Source: Nemertoderma westbladi
Taxonomy: Eukaryota > Animalia > Xenacoelomorpha
Direction of reading: 5' to 3'
NCBI GenBank assembly: GCA_032718475.1
Contig: JAUCBJ010008602.1
Coordinates: forward strand, 35,976 to 99,975
DNA: 64,000 bases
Each line of letters starts with the position of its first letter. Positions within the stretch are counted from its first letter, which is position 1. The translations under genes and the position numbers were made by a program. This document shows, piece after piece, positions 37,920 through 48,280 of the stretch. The notes below the pieces were generated by a model. That model had not been told where the DNA came from. It saw nothing but the letters and a program-made list of their open reading frames with translations, and searched no databases.

Positions 37920-39066
37920 TGTAAAAGCTTTTGCGGATGTAACAAGCTATTTTTCTCCGCAATATACCGAGTAGGTATTTTAGCGGACATAACAAGCGAT
38001 TTTGCCCGCTATGTCTGCATGTGTGCTTTAGCGGACATAAAAAGCCATTTTTCTCCACAATAAGCTCAAATACTCTAAACATCGGAACTCAGATGACGAC
38101 ATCTATCAGCTGTGTCCACGTGTAACTTTTTCTTTGTTCTTTGTTCGTTCTTTGTTCGGTCGACCAATCAGAGCGGTTTTCACTCTGTGTTGGACATTGT
38201 ATACAGAAACTCACGCAATTCAGTCAGTGTGTATTTTCCCTAAGCCTAGAACACCGGCTTTGGAATTATTCTGTTTTTCAGACTTTAGCCAAACATTAGT
38301 AGGCTTTGATCATAGAAACGTATAACTGTTATCAATGCAATCAACGCAATTCATATTGTTACTAATCATATTGTCACCTACAAACACCGCATTATTTTAC
38401 TGCTATTTACTGTCGGTTATTAATTATATCAGTTGATGGAATATTATTATATTTGGATAATATCGATAAATAATCATAAAACCCCAATCTTCTTGATATA
38501 CTGAAAGTAAGAGACAGGTTACATATAGCAATTGCGACTTACATTATATTGGTTTTGGAGTGAATCTAATGCTATTTCATAGGCACTACATGTGTCGGTT
38601 GCTGTTCTCTTTATATGTGACTAAAATTAGTGAAGGTCGGCAGATCGGTGTGCAGCATTGTGCGGTAGTGTGCATGATTTTGACAGATAACAAAGCATCT
38701 CCTAAAAATGCGCTTTATACGTGAATCAATAGCCATCCCGTTGTGTTTAGTGTGAGTCATAACTCTGTTTACATACTTAGAGCGCCACATCCTAAAGGAA
38801 CTGTTAATATTTCCCGAAAGTGAATAATATTGGTCAGAGATTATATATTAACGATCAATCGCATAATACAGTAGGCCTACATCACAATAAGGTCAGAGCT
38901 TCCGAATCCAGTCTCCCGGGTATATCCAGCGGGTGAATGGTCGCGCATAGGCTGGCTTCGGCTAATGTAGTGTATCAAATACTCGTCATAGGCTAAAGTC
39001 GATTTATAACCTAGAAGACACCTAAATTTGGCAGGTTAAACTGCTAAAGGTCTGAAAGCGCGAACA
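37920..39066 (+). repeat. 5' LTR of copy 3
   Basis: About 9 visible substitutions versus 53052-54198. It begins with three about 49-bp GCGGACATAACAAGC repeats, and has CCAAT at about 38164. Confidence 0.97.
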
Positions 39067-39078
39067 ATAACAGTTATA
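39067..39078 (+). promoter_or_regulatory. Putative self-priming primer-binding site
   Basis: ATAACAGTTATA directly abuts the 5' LTR, lacks TGG, and is the exact reverse complement of LTR 38321-38332 (TATAACTGTTAT). Confidence 0.6.
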
Positions 39079-39971
39079 ACTTCTGTATTGCAACGTAGGC
39101 AATAAAGCTGAAGTACCAGTCGACCGGTAACCAATAGGCCTAACTACCTAACCACCCGAACCGGTACTTACAGCAGTACAGGTACAGCAGTATTATTCGA
39201 TTTTGATAATTATATACCGGTAGGTCTTTATATTTAATCAGGGAGGGCCCGCCCTGGTTTTTTATTGGGATTTTACTTATTTCTGTCAGTTTTATTTATC
39301 TGTAAGTTGATATTGAGCAGAAGGTGTGTAAGCCTGCTCAGATTGTACAGATAATTTGTAGGCTAGACTGTTGTCTGACTGTTGTTAAGTCTGAAGAGAT
39401 TGCAGTGTGTGTAGAGTGTATGTCCAATAAAGTACTAGTTAGGAAAGTGGGTGGCATCCAGTGCTGTAAGGTAAATCCCCCCGTAAGAATAAGTCGTACT
39501 ACTCGGTTAGAACGCATACTAACTAACCATTTCGGAGTCTACGTATACTGTAGTTTATTTAGGCTTGATAGTAGTCTGCCAGCATTTGGTTTGTATTTTG
39601 TTTGTGTAGTCTGTACGGGTAGCGTAATATTTATTATTCAGAGTTTATGCGATTATTCGCAACATTCACAAACCACAAGTTTATTCCTACATTAATTGTG
39701 CTTGTTATACATACCGTTATAGTTAAATTAACCTCGGTACTACATCAGGGCTGTTTGGCGTAGGTAAAGACTGGAGATTATATGCTTTGGTCACTCCTGC
39801 AGATACTGTGGTTCTTTTAGCTGTACAAGTATTTTAACTGCTGATTATTTGTTGTATAAGTACTTGTACCTAATTTAGGGTTTAGTGTACAGTGCTTTCC
39901 GAAGGTAATTAGTGTGTAGGCAGTATATTTGTGTTGTAAAGTGGTTAATAGGCACGTTAGCTATAGTAGGC

Positions 39972-41640
39972 TGCGGTAATTAACTTCTAGGTAGGAACAC
40001 TCTGTGTACATAACGTAGTACTTATAGCGCTACGGCTATAAGTCGTCAGACGGTGGTATTTTTCCTATCTAGACAACGCAATATATTTACTACTGCTTTA
40101 TTATTTTCAAATACCGTAGTATCCTGTCAATTTGTAATAACCAGATATTCTAACCCCTTGTTAGGCTGGTTTGTAGATTCCCTGTAAAATTAACCCTAAA
40201 AATTCGTACGTGTAATTTTTGTGTTTATTTAGAGATTGTAATCTCACCCCAAATTGTACGTAATTTGTAGTATTAAGTAACTTAGGCAAATTAGAATTAT
40301 TTGTTTTAGTGTCCAACAAGTAGCACTTCACTGAGAGCGTACAGCTTCTGGGCAGTGACTCCTTCCCAGAAATAATAACATTTATTTCAAATATTGAAAA
40401 AAACCCATTATACGGGTATATATATTATAAATCAACTCAAACCGATTTATAAAATAGTAGGCCTGTCTTACAACAATTAGGTCTTAATGTCAGTTGGACT
40501 ACTGCTTAAATAACGGTAATCAAGTAAAGTAAAGTAACCAAGTAACCCCTAATATTCAGAAATTCAATTATTCTAAAATAATTGACATACCGGTATTTAC
40601 AATAGGCTTATTATATTTATTCTATAAATTTAGGCTGAAATTATACCAGTATTCTGTAATTAATTCTAGTCCATAATTATACTTATATATACTATAAGTG
40701 TCAGCTGTATACCGGTATTCACGATAGGCCTATTATATATTTATATATATTTGTGCTGAAATTATATACCGGTATTCTGTGACAAACCTAGTCTGTAATA
40801 ATTATGCGGTAATTAACTTCTAGGTAAGGACACTCCGGGTACATAACGTAGTACTTATAGAGCTGTAGAGCTAAAGACTATAAGTCGTCAGACGGTGGTA
40901 TTTTCTTATCTAGACAATGCAATTTATTTACTACTGCTTAATTATTTTCAAATACCGTAGTATCATGTCCGTTTGTAATAACCAGAAATTCTAACTCCTT
41001 GTTAGGCTGGTTTGTAGATTTCCTATAAAATTACCCTAAAATTTGTACGTGTAACTTTTGGTGTTTATTTAGAAATTGTAATCCTATACAGTAATTGTAT
41101 GTAATTTGTAGTAATAAGTAACTTAGTAAAGTAGAATTATTTGTTTTAGTGTCTAACAGGTAGCACTCCACTGAGAGCATTCAGCTTCTGTGTAGTGACT
41201 CCTTACCATAAATAATAACATTTATTTCAAATATTGTCAAAAACCCATTATATAGGTATATATATATTATAAATCAACTCAAACTGATTTATAAAATAGT
41301 AGGACCGTTATACATTAATTAGGTCCTAATATCAGTTGGACTACTGCTTAATAACAGTAATAAAGTAAAGGAAAGTAATCCTAAATTTCAGAAATTTAGA
41401 CATCGTAAAATAATTGACATTACCGGTATTTCCAATAGGCTTATTATACTTATTTCTATAAATTTAAGCTGAAATTATATACCGGTATTCTGTAATTAAT
41501 CCTAGTCCGTAATAATACTTATATATACTATAAGTGTAAGCTGTATACCGGTATTCACGATAGGCTTATTATATATTGCTATATATTTGCGCTGAAATTA
41601 CATACCGGTATTCTGTGACAAACCTAGTCTGTAATAATAC
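39972..41640 (+). repeat. About 830-bp tandem duplication in the 2.7-kb 5' leader
   Basis: TGCGGTAATTAACTTCTAGG starts both units (about 39972 and 40805). Copy 2 has a single unit. Confidence 0.85.
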
Positions 41641-41810
41641 TTATATATATACTATAAGTGTATACCGGTATTCTAATATATTATATATATATATCATGTT
41701 ACACTGAGTAACAGTATCGGTAATTAATTACGAGGCTAACAGTTGATACTGAATTACTAGACTTGCTTTAACTGTAATATAGCAGTAGGCATTCAACTGT
41801 ACAAACAAAC

Positions 41811-44800
41811 ATGTCTGACACAAAGCAAAACCTGTCAGACAGTCTCCTAGATACAACCATCTGTGACCCAGACAGGAGTGTGGAACGTGTGAGACCGAAG
41901 TTCAACTCACCTCCTACTGTAAGAAAGATCATCCCTCCAGTAGTAGTATCAGACCCTAGGCTAGTCCAACACCGTAGGTCTATCATAGGCACTCGAGCTC
42001 AGGTCAAGCGGGACCAAGAAGCAGCGGAACAGCAGCAACACTCGAGCCGAGAACTTATTTCTCAGCGGCCCGACAGCTCCAGTAGTGCGGATACTGTAGA
42101 GCTGACACCCGAGCGCGGAGCAAAGATGGCAGATGCGGTTTATCCGGATCCCCTTCTCATCCTTCCTGCAGCCGTACTCACTAGGGTATTGATTGCGGTG
42201 GAGGAACACCAGATTGATTGGGCAAGAAGTAAGCGATCGACCAAGGATAGTTATGAGGGATACACAAGGGAAGAACTGAAGTCTATTGTCGAGTCGCAAT
42301 GGAACTTCCCTGGACACGGACTCCCGTTTGACTTATCGGAAGCTGCCTGGGAAGACATACACAGGATGGGAGTGACAAAAGACACCAGTGATCCAGCTGT
42401 ATGGAAGAGGTCGGCAGCAGGATATGTACAGGGATTCTTCAGCTCTTTGGAGCGATTAGAAGAACAACTGTTTCGACAACCCCAAGGACCTCAAGAGCAG
42501 GGAGAGCTGCTTTATCAAGTTAGAGAAAGAATTCTAAGAATCAGACTAATCTTATCGGCCTTTGAGGAGGCTTCGAAAAGAAGACAAGACACGTCGTTAC
42601 AAGTTGCTGTAAAGACTTGGTTCCAGCGGGTGAGTCTCCTGGTTCAAGGAACGGCCCAGTGGAAAGCTCAGCTGGCTGAGCGCTCAACCCATGGAGAATC
42701 AACAGACGCTACCTTTTCCCAAGTGGAAAGTGAAGCGACAGCTGAGAAACCGCATAAGAGGGATGCTATTGACATCTATCTGTCAGACTATCAACGATTT
42801 CTAGGTGACGAAGAGTTGAGGAGACGGCTGTCTGGACTTCGCCCTAATAGTGAAGGAGCCAAGCTTGTGTTGGACGCAATCGATGCGGAAATGTTAGCTG
42901 CGAACCAAGCTAAATTTGATGAAAGACTCCGCATCGCTAAGGTCCAAGAAGAACAAGTCAAGAAAAAACGTATAGAAGACAGAAAGACAACAGCAGCAGC
43001 AGCGGCAGTGGCAGCGGCAGAAACGGAAAGAAAAGCGGCAGTGGCAGTGGCCGAAGCGGAAAGAAAATCGGCAGTGGCAGCGGCAGTGGCAGCGGCCGAA
43101 GCGGAAAGAAAAGCGGCAGTGGCAGCGGCCGAAGCGGAAAGAAAAGCGGCAGTGGCAGCGGCAGAGGCAGTGGCAGAAGCAGAACGAAGAGCATCTGAAG
43201 AGACCACCCAACTAGAGTTGGAAAATATTCAAGAGAATCAAGACTACATAAATAAACAGTTAACAGCTAGTCAAATGCAGATGATGAATCGATCTACTCC
43301 CAAAAGACAGGGATATACATCATCTGATGAAGGCGATACCACCGATCCTGAAGGCGGAGGAAATAGATCTCGTCTAAGCAGACGTAGAAGAATGTCCCAC
43401 CGTCAGAAATTGCCTGATTTGCCCCCAGCTGTTAGAAGGCAACTAACTAACACAGACTTAGGTAGTACAGAACCCACAGACCAAATAATTAAAATAGAAA
43501 GACTCCCTACTATAGTAGATGAGCCTGAAATAATTAGGCCTGTTCTCGAAGCCACCCCTTCGGTGATAGAGACACCTGAACTCCCAGAACCTACCTCTAA
43601 ATTCCCTTTGCACAGTACTAAACTACCTGTGCCCAGTAGGACTGTTCACGAGTCCGAACCCGTCCTGGACGCCGAGCAAGATATCAAGAATTTATCGCCC
43701 GTCGTCTCTTGCTCGCCCGCTACTACGTTGGCGACTCCTGCTTCGGCAGTTGAGTGGGTAGCAGATGGACGACGGGAGATGGGTCTCCTGCTCGGGCAGT
43801 TGAGGGAACACCGCAAGTGCTCCTCTCAGCACGTCCAGGAGATGGAAGGAACTGTTCAGCAGTTCAAGGGCACAGTAAGGGAAAGTAGGTTAGAGTTGCA
43901 AGAGGTGCAGCAGAGTATCGCATTAGAACGCGACAAATTAGTAAATACCCAAAGAGGTATACCATCAACCCCGGTAACAATGTGTCAACCTGTTAGGTCT
44001 GAAGTATTTCATGCGCAAGGTGTGGAGCCTACACGCATCTATACTGCTAGTGAAGTAGAAACTCCTATAGTAAACCCTATTAAGGGTAATTATAAACCTG
44101 TTGACAATGATATTCCATATAGACCTGATAATAATCCGAGAAATTTATATACCGATAACTCGATATTAAATAATACGATGGCCCAAGAAAGTTTTACGCT
44201 TCAAATGGCTAGAACCGAAGCCCGTCAAGCGGTAAAGGTGGGAGAGATCGTCAAGTTCAATGGAGATGAGATGAAATGGTTACCTTTTAATGAATATTAC
44301 AAAGATAACATACAGAACTCTGTGCTATCTAACGGAGAGAAACTTAGATTCCTCATCGAGTGCTTGGAAGGATCTCCCAAGTTAATGGCGTTAAAGTTTA
44401 TTGGACATCCAGATGGATTAAGACAAGTTTGGGATACCCTAAACATCAGGTATGGTAATAGGAATAACATAGCTAGGTATTTGTATGCAAAATTGGTAGC
44501 ACCCCGAAAGTTCATTAGCAGCGGGATTATAGAGTTTTCCGATGAGATTCAGGAGATCTGTAGACAATTAGATTGGCTAGGTAAGTCTCATGAATATCAG
44601 AGTTATATGGTTATTGGAGCCGTGGCCTCTACTTTACCGAAGGGTGGAGTAGGTACACGCTGGGATAAGAAAGTGTTATATATGATGGAACAACAACGAC
44701 GAGACCCTACCATGGCTGATCTCATGTCATTCTTAGACGGAGAAGTAAAATTACAGCTCCTCAAGCAGTCCAGAGAGAAGACACCGGAAAATAAGGTAAG

Positions 44801-47800
44801 TGAGAAACCTGTTTCTAGGAGAAAGGTAACACCAGTGTGTTATACCGACGACGGCGAAAGCCAGGCTTCTCAAGAAGAGGACAGTGGGAAAGACACTGAA
44901 AGATCTTATTATGTCAACAAAACGCCTAAAGACGTAAGTAAATTCAAGTCTCGAACCAATGATAGGAGAGAACAGGTAAGAAAAACTCCTCCTACGTCTC
45001 CTAAAAGAATTCATGTAAGAAAGCCCGAAGAAAGAACGAGTGTGCACAACGTTACTCAAAATAAGGTAAGTAACATCAAACCGAAATGTGCGCTGTGTGA
45101 CGGGCTCCACCGTTTGAATGTGTGTGATGAATTCCTAAAGAAATCATTAAAGGATAGACGGGAAGTCATGTGGGATAAGCGGTTGTGTTATAATTGCCTC
45201 AGACAAGGACACCAACGGCGAACCTGTTACTCCGACGCAAGGTGTGCGAAGTGCGGTGCAAAACATCATCTCTTGTTGCACACTGAATTCGAACGAAACA
45301 GCCCGAGTCAGGTAAGTGATTCCGAACTACATGTCCAATTCAGTGATGTGAACGACACTGACCAAAGTTCTGAGATGGAAGGATTCTATACGGACGAATT
45401 CTCCGATGAAAACGAATCCTGTTACCTGATAAATACCGCAGTGTATCGAGCACTTATGTATGAAAAGGACACCGATAGCAAGCTCCCCCTAACTACTTCT
45501 GACCGACAACCATCTTGGAAAGCACCAACTTCCAATGTAGGAATCCGAGAATTTCCCGTAGTGCAGTTGAGGGTCCACGGACCTGAAAGGAGTTATATAG
45601 TGAACGCCCTCCTTGACTCCGGTAGCACAGGAACATTCATCGACAAAGAACTAGCCGAAGACATCTTTGCTGGACAACCCAAGTTCCGAACTAAGTTAAA
45701 CATGTCAGGAATTATGCAGGTTTGGAAATCTACAGTAATAGCAGATTATTATGTAGGTGCGTTGTCCACCCCCCAGGATGAACTAGGAGAACACAGTATA
45801 AGGTCAGTAAAAATGGTGGCGATAAAGAACTTCGCTACCAGCCAAGTAGAACCTTATAACTGGGATGAGGACGATTTCACCCAGCAGCTTAAGATACCTA
45901 GATTCAACACAGACTACCCTGGAGTGCAAATACTCATCGGCCAAAATGCGCATGAGGCGCTTGAGACATTGGAGAAACGGCCTGCTCAACCGCAACCACT
46001 ACAAGCCTATGCGGGAAGAACTAGAGTAGGTTGGTACTTTACTGGCCCTTCCCGTAGAACTCTCATGGAAAGGTTACCAAAAGAACGGGTATACCAAGTA
46101 AGTGAATGGGAAGCGGAGAGCAGTGAGGTAGACGACCCAACTGAGGGAACACCATACTCCTCAGATAATGACGATATCCACCAACTCTTCGACGAGGAGA
46201 ATACCATCGACCTCCTTACGGAAAACGAGACTTGGCAAAACCAAGTGAACCTATGTCAACTCATTCGTCCATCAGGACAAGTCGACTATAACGACGAACT
46301 GAATGACGTAATAGAGCGCTATAACGCGAAGACTCGGGATGAACACGCCGTACGATTCTTTACTCAAGAGGCTGTAGAGCCCAATTCCTACGATAAGGCC
46401 CTATCGGTAGAAGAAGAAAGAGCCAAGCAGATCCAGGAGACAACTACACGTTTTCTTAAAGATCAAGGTAGATATGAAATCGGTCTACCATTCAGAAAGC
46501 GAGAACCAAAATTCATAAACAACCGACCCTTGGCGGAGAAAAGAATTGCACAACTACATCGACGCCTTACGGCAAATGCTTCAGCTAAAGAAATGTACCA
46601 GACTCAGTTGAATAAATTTATTAATAAGGGATATGCGGAGCGAGTACCGGAAGAAACACCCATAACTGAGAGAACGTACTATCTAACACATCATTACGTT
46701 CCCAAACCCGGTAAACCCAATGAAGTTCGGGTAGTATTTGATGGCTCCGCCCTCTACATGGGCCAATCCCTTAATTCCGAGTTGTTACCAGGACCCAACT
46801 TACTCCAATCCTTGTTGGGAATACTCTTAAGATTACGACAATATTCAATCGCTTTCGCCTCCGATATAGAAGGCATGTTCTTACAAGTCAAGGCGCTGGA
46901 TAGGGATCGAGACAGCCTACGATTTCTGTGGTGGCCTGAAGGAGACCTCAACCAGAAACCGGTGGAGTATTGGATGACCATCCAGGCTTTTGGGATCATC
47001 TCAAGCCCTTCAAACGCCTGCTCAGTGGTGCGCACCACTGCTGATGACAACCGGGACGCCTTCTCTAAAGAGGTGATCGACAACATCAAACGGGATATAT
47101 ACATGGACGACAATTTAAAGTCCCTTCCATCGGTGGAAGAAGCCATTGATGTCGCCAAAGGAACGGTAGAGTGCTTAAAAAGAGGTGGATTTCGATTAAC
47201 TAAATTCACCAGCAACTCCCGTGAGTTTCTGGAATCGATCCCGGTAGAAGATCGAGGAGCGAAAGATCTAGACCTAATCAAAGACGATCTTCCAGAAACC
47301 AAAACACTTGGTTTGAAATGGGACACAGAGAGAGATATCCTGTTTTTCCAGCTCAAACAGCGAGATAATCCAGTTCGGACTAAACGGATTTGTTTAAGTA
47401 TCCTGAGCACTTATTTCGATCCATTGGGATTTATTAGCCCAGTTATATTGATTGCTCGGAGTTTAGTACAACAAATCTGGCTTGAAAACCACTCATGGGA
47501 CGATCCACTTAAGGGAGAACTATTAAAGAAGTGGATGAAATGGGAGGATTCTCTACCAGCCATCGAGAACTGTATAATTTCCCGTTCATATTTTGGTCAT
47601 GTTCTCCCTACGTATTCCTATCAACTCCATGTGTTTGGAGACGCCAGCGATATGGGAATAGGTATAGTAGCCTACCTGAGAGTTGAAACTCCGGATGGAA
47701 TCAAAGTCGCCTTGGTAACCTCTAAGGCATTGATAAACAACAAGTTGAAAGTTCCTCGAGCGGAGTTAAAAGCGGCTCTATACGCTACAGCCATTGGCCG

Positions 47801-48278
47801 GAATGTAACAGAACAGATCGAATATCCACTGGAGAAAACTGTCTATTGGACCGATGCTTTACTCGTGTTGGAGTATATAACCAATGAAGTCTGTCAGTTC
47901 AGCGTCTTCGTTACCAACCGAGTAGCCATTATACTTAGTCGCACGAAGATGGATCAATGGAGACATTGCCCCGGAACGATTAATCCAGCAGACATCGCCT
48001 CCAGGGGAGCAACTCCACAAGAACTGATAGATACTCCAGACTGGTTAGGTGGACCCGACTTCCTAAGCAAAGAAGAAGATGAATGGCCTCCTCATCTTAC
48101 TACGGCGGAGATTAGACAGGCCAAGGGAGCGGAGAAAGTCAAACCTAAAACTCGGGCGAGTAAATCGAAGTTATTTAAACCCGTGGTAGATCTGTCTGTA
48201 CTACACACTTCCGGAGACGACTCTTTGGATCCGAAACCCACAGCCACAAATAAGTATGTTGTGGAAGTCAGAGAGTAA
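41811..48278 (+). CDS. Gag-Pol polyprotein (Gag, 3 zinc knuckles, protease, RT, RNase H)
   Basis: 2155-aa ORF containing ALLDSGS, VRVVFDGS, LLPGPNLL, ASDIEGMF, YMDD, LHVFGDAS, PRAELKAA, YWTDA and NPADIASRG. Confidence 0.96.
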   Translation: MSDTKQNLSDSLLDTTICDPDRSVERVRPKFNSPPTVRKIIPPVVVSDPRLVQHRRSIIGTRAQVKRDQEAAEQQQHSSRELISQRPDSSSSADTVELTPERGAKMADAVYPDPLLILPAAVLTRVLIAVEEHQIDWARSKRSTKDSYEGYTREELKSIVESQWNFPGHGLPFDLSEAAWEDIHRMGVTKDTSDPAVWKRSAAGYVQGFFSSLERLEEQLFRQPQGPQEQGELLYQVRERILRIRLILSAFEEASKRRQDTSLQVAVKTWFQRVSLLVQGTAQWKAQLAERSTHGESTDATFSQVESEATAEKPHKRDAIDIYLSDYQRFLGDEELRRRLSGLRPNSEGAKLVLDAIDAEMLAANQAKFDERLRIAKVQEEQVKKKRIEDRKTTAAAAAVAAAETERKAAVAVAEAERKSAVAAAVAAAEAERKAAVAAAEAERKAAVAAAEAVAEAERRASEETTQLELENIQENQDYINKQLTASQMQMMNRSTPKRQGYTSSDEGDTTDPEGGGNRSRLSRRRRMSHRQKLPDLPPAVRRQLTNTDLGSTEPTDQIIKIERLPTIVDEPEIIRPVLEATPSVIETPELPEPTSKFPLHSTKLPVPSRTVHESEPVLDAEQDIKNLSPVVSCSPATTLATPASAVEWVADGRREMGLLLGQLREHRKCSSQHVQEMEGTVQQFKGTVRESRLELQEVQQSIALERDKLVNTQRGIPSTPVTMCQPVRSEVFHAQGVEPTRIYTASEVETPIVNPIKGNYKPVDNDIPYRPDNNPRNLYTDNSILNNTMAQESFTLQMARTEARQAVKVGEIVKFNGDEMKWLPFNEYYKDNIQNSVLSNGEKLRFLIECLEGSPKLMALKFIGHPDGLRQVWDTLNIRYGNRNNIARYLYAKLVAPRKFISSGIIEFSDEIQEICRQLDWLGKSHEYQSYMVIGAVASTLPKGGVGTRWDKKVLYMMEQQRRDPTMADLMSFLDGEVKLQLLKQSREKTPENKVSEKPVSRRKVTPVCYTDDGESQASQEEDSGKDTERSYYVNKTPKDVSKFKSRTNDRREQVRKTPPTSPKRIHVRKPEERTSVHNVTQNKVSNIKPKCALCDGLHRLNVCDEFLKKSLKDRREVMWDKRLCYNCLRQGHQRRTCYSDARCAKCGAKHHLLLHTEFERNSPSQVSDSELHVQFSDVNDTDQSSEMEGFYTDEFSDENESCYLINTAVYRALMYEKDTDSKLPLTTSDRQPSWKAPTSNVGIREFPVVQLRVHGPERSYIVNALLDSGSTGTFIDKELAEDIFAGQPKFRTKLNMSGIMQVWKSTVIADYYVGALSTPQDELGEHSIRSVKMVAIKNFATSQVEPYNWDEDDFTQQLKIPRFNTDYPGVQILIGQNAHEALETLEKRPAQPQPLQAYAGRTRVGWYFTGPSRRTLMERLPKERVYQVSEWEAESSEVDDPTEGTPYSSDNDDIHQLFDEENTIDLLTENETWQNQVNLCQLIRPSGQVDYNDELNDVIERYNAKTRDEHAVRFFTQEAVEPNSYDKALSVEEERAKQIQETTTRFLKDQGRYEIGLPFRKREPKFINNRPLAEKRIAQLHRRLTANASAKEMYQTQLNKFINKGYAERVPEETPITERTYYLTHHYVPKPGKPNEVRVVFDGSALYMGQSLNSELLPGPNLLQSLLGILLRLRQYSIAFASDIEGMFLQVKALDRDRDSLRFLWWPEGDLNQKPVEYWMTIQAFGIISSPSNACSVVRTTADDNRDAFSKEVIDNIKRDIYMDDNLKSLPSVEEAIDVAKGTVECLKRGGFRLTKFTSNSREFLESIPVEDRGAKDLDLIKDDLPETKTLGLKWDTERDILFFQLKQRDNPVRTKRICLSILSTYFDPLGFISPVILIARSLVQQIWLENHSWDDPLKGELLKKWMKWEDSLPAIENCIISRSYFGHVLPTYSYQLHVFGDASDMGIGIVAYLRVETPDGIKVALVTSKALINNKLKVPRAELKAALYATAIGRNVTEQIEYPLEKTVYWTDALLVLEYITNEVCQFSVFVTNRVAIILSRTKMDQWRHCPGTINPADIASRGATPQELIDTPDWLGGPDFLSKEEDEWPPHLTTAEIRQAKGAEKVKPKTRASKSKLFKPVVDLSVLHTSGDDSLDPKPTATNKYVVEVRE

Positions 48279-48280
48279 GT

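Noticed and set aside
37799-38325. Short ORFs in the LTRs, and a candidate dynamin first exon near 37800-37900
   Set aside because: The ORFs recur only because the LTRs are repeats. No G1 P-loop motif is present.
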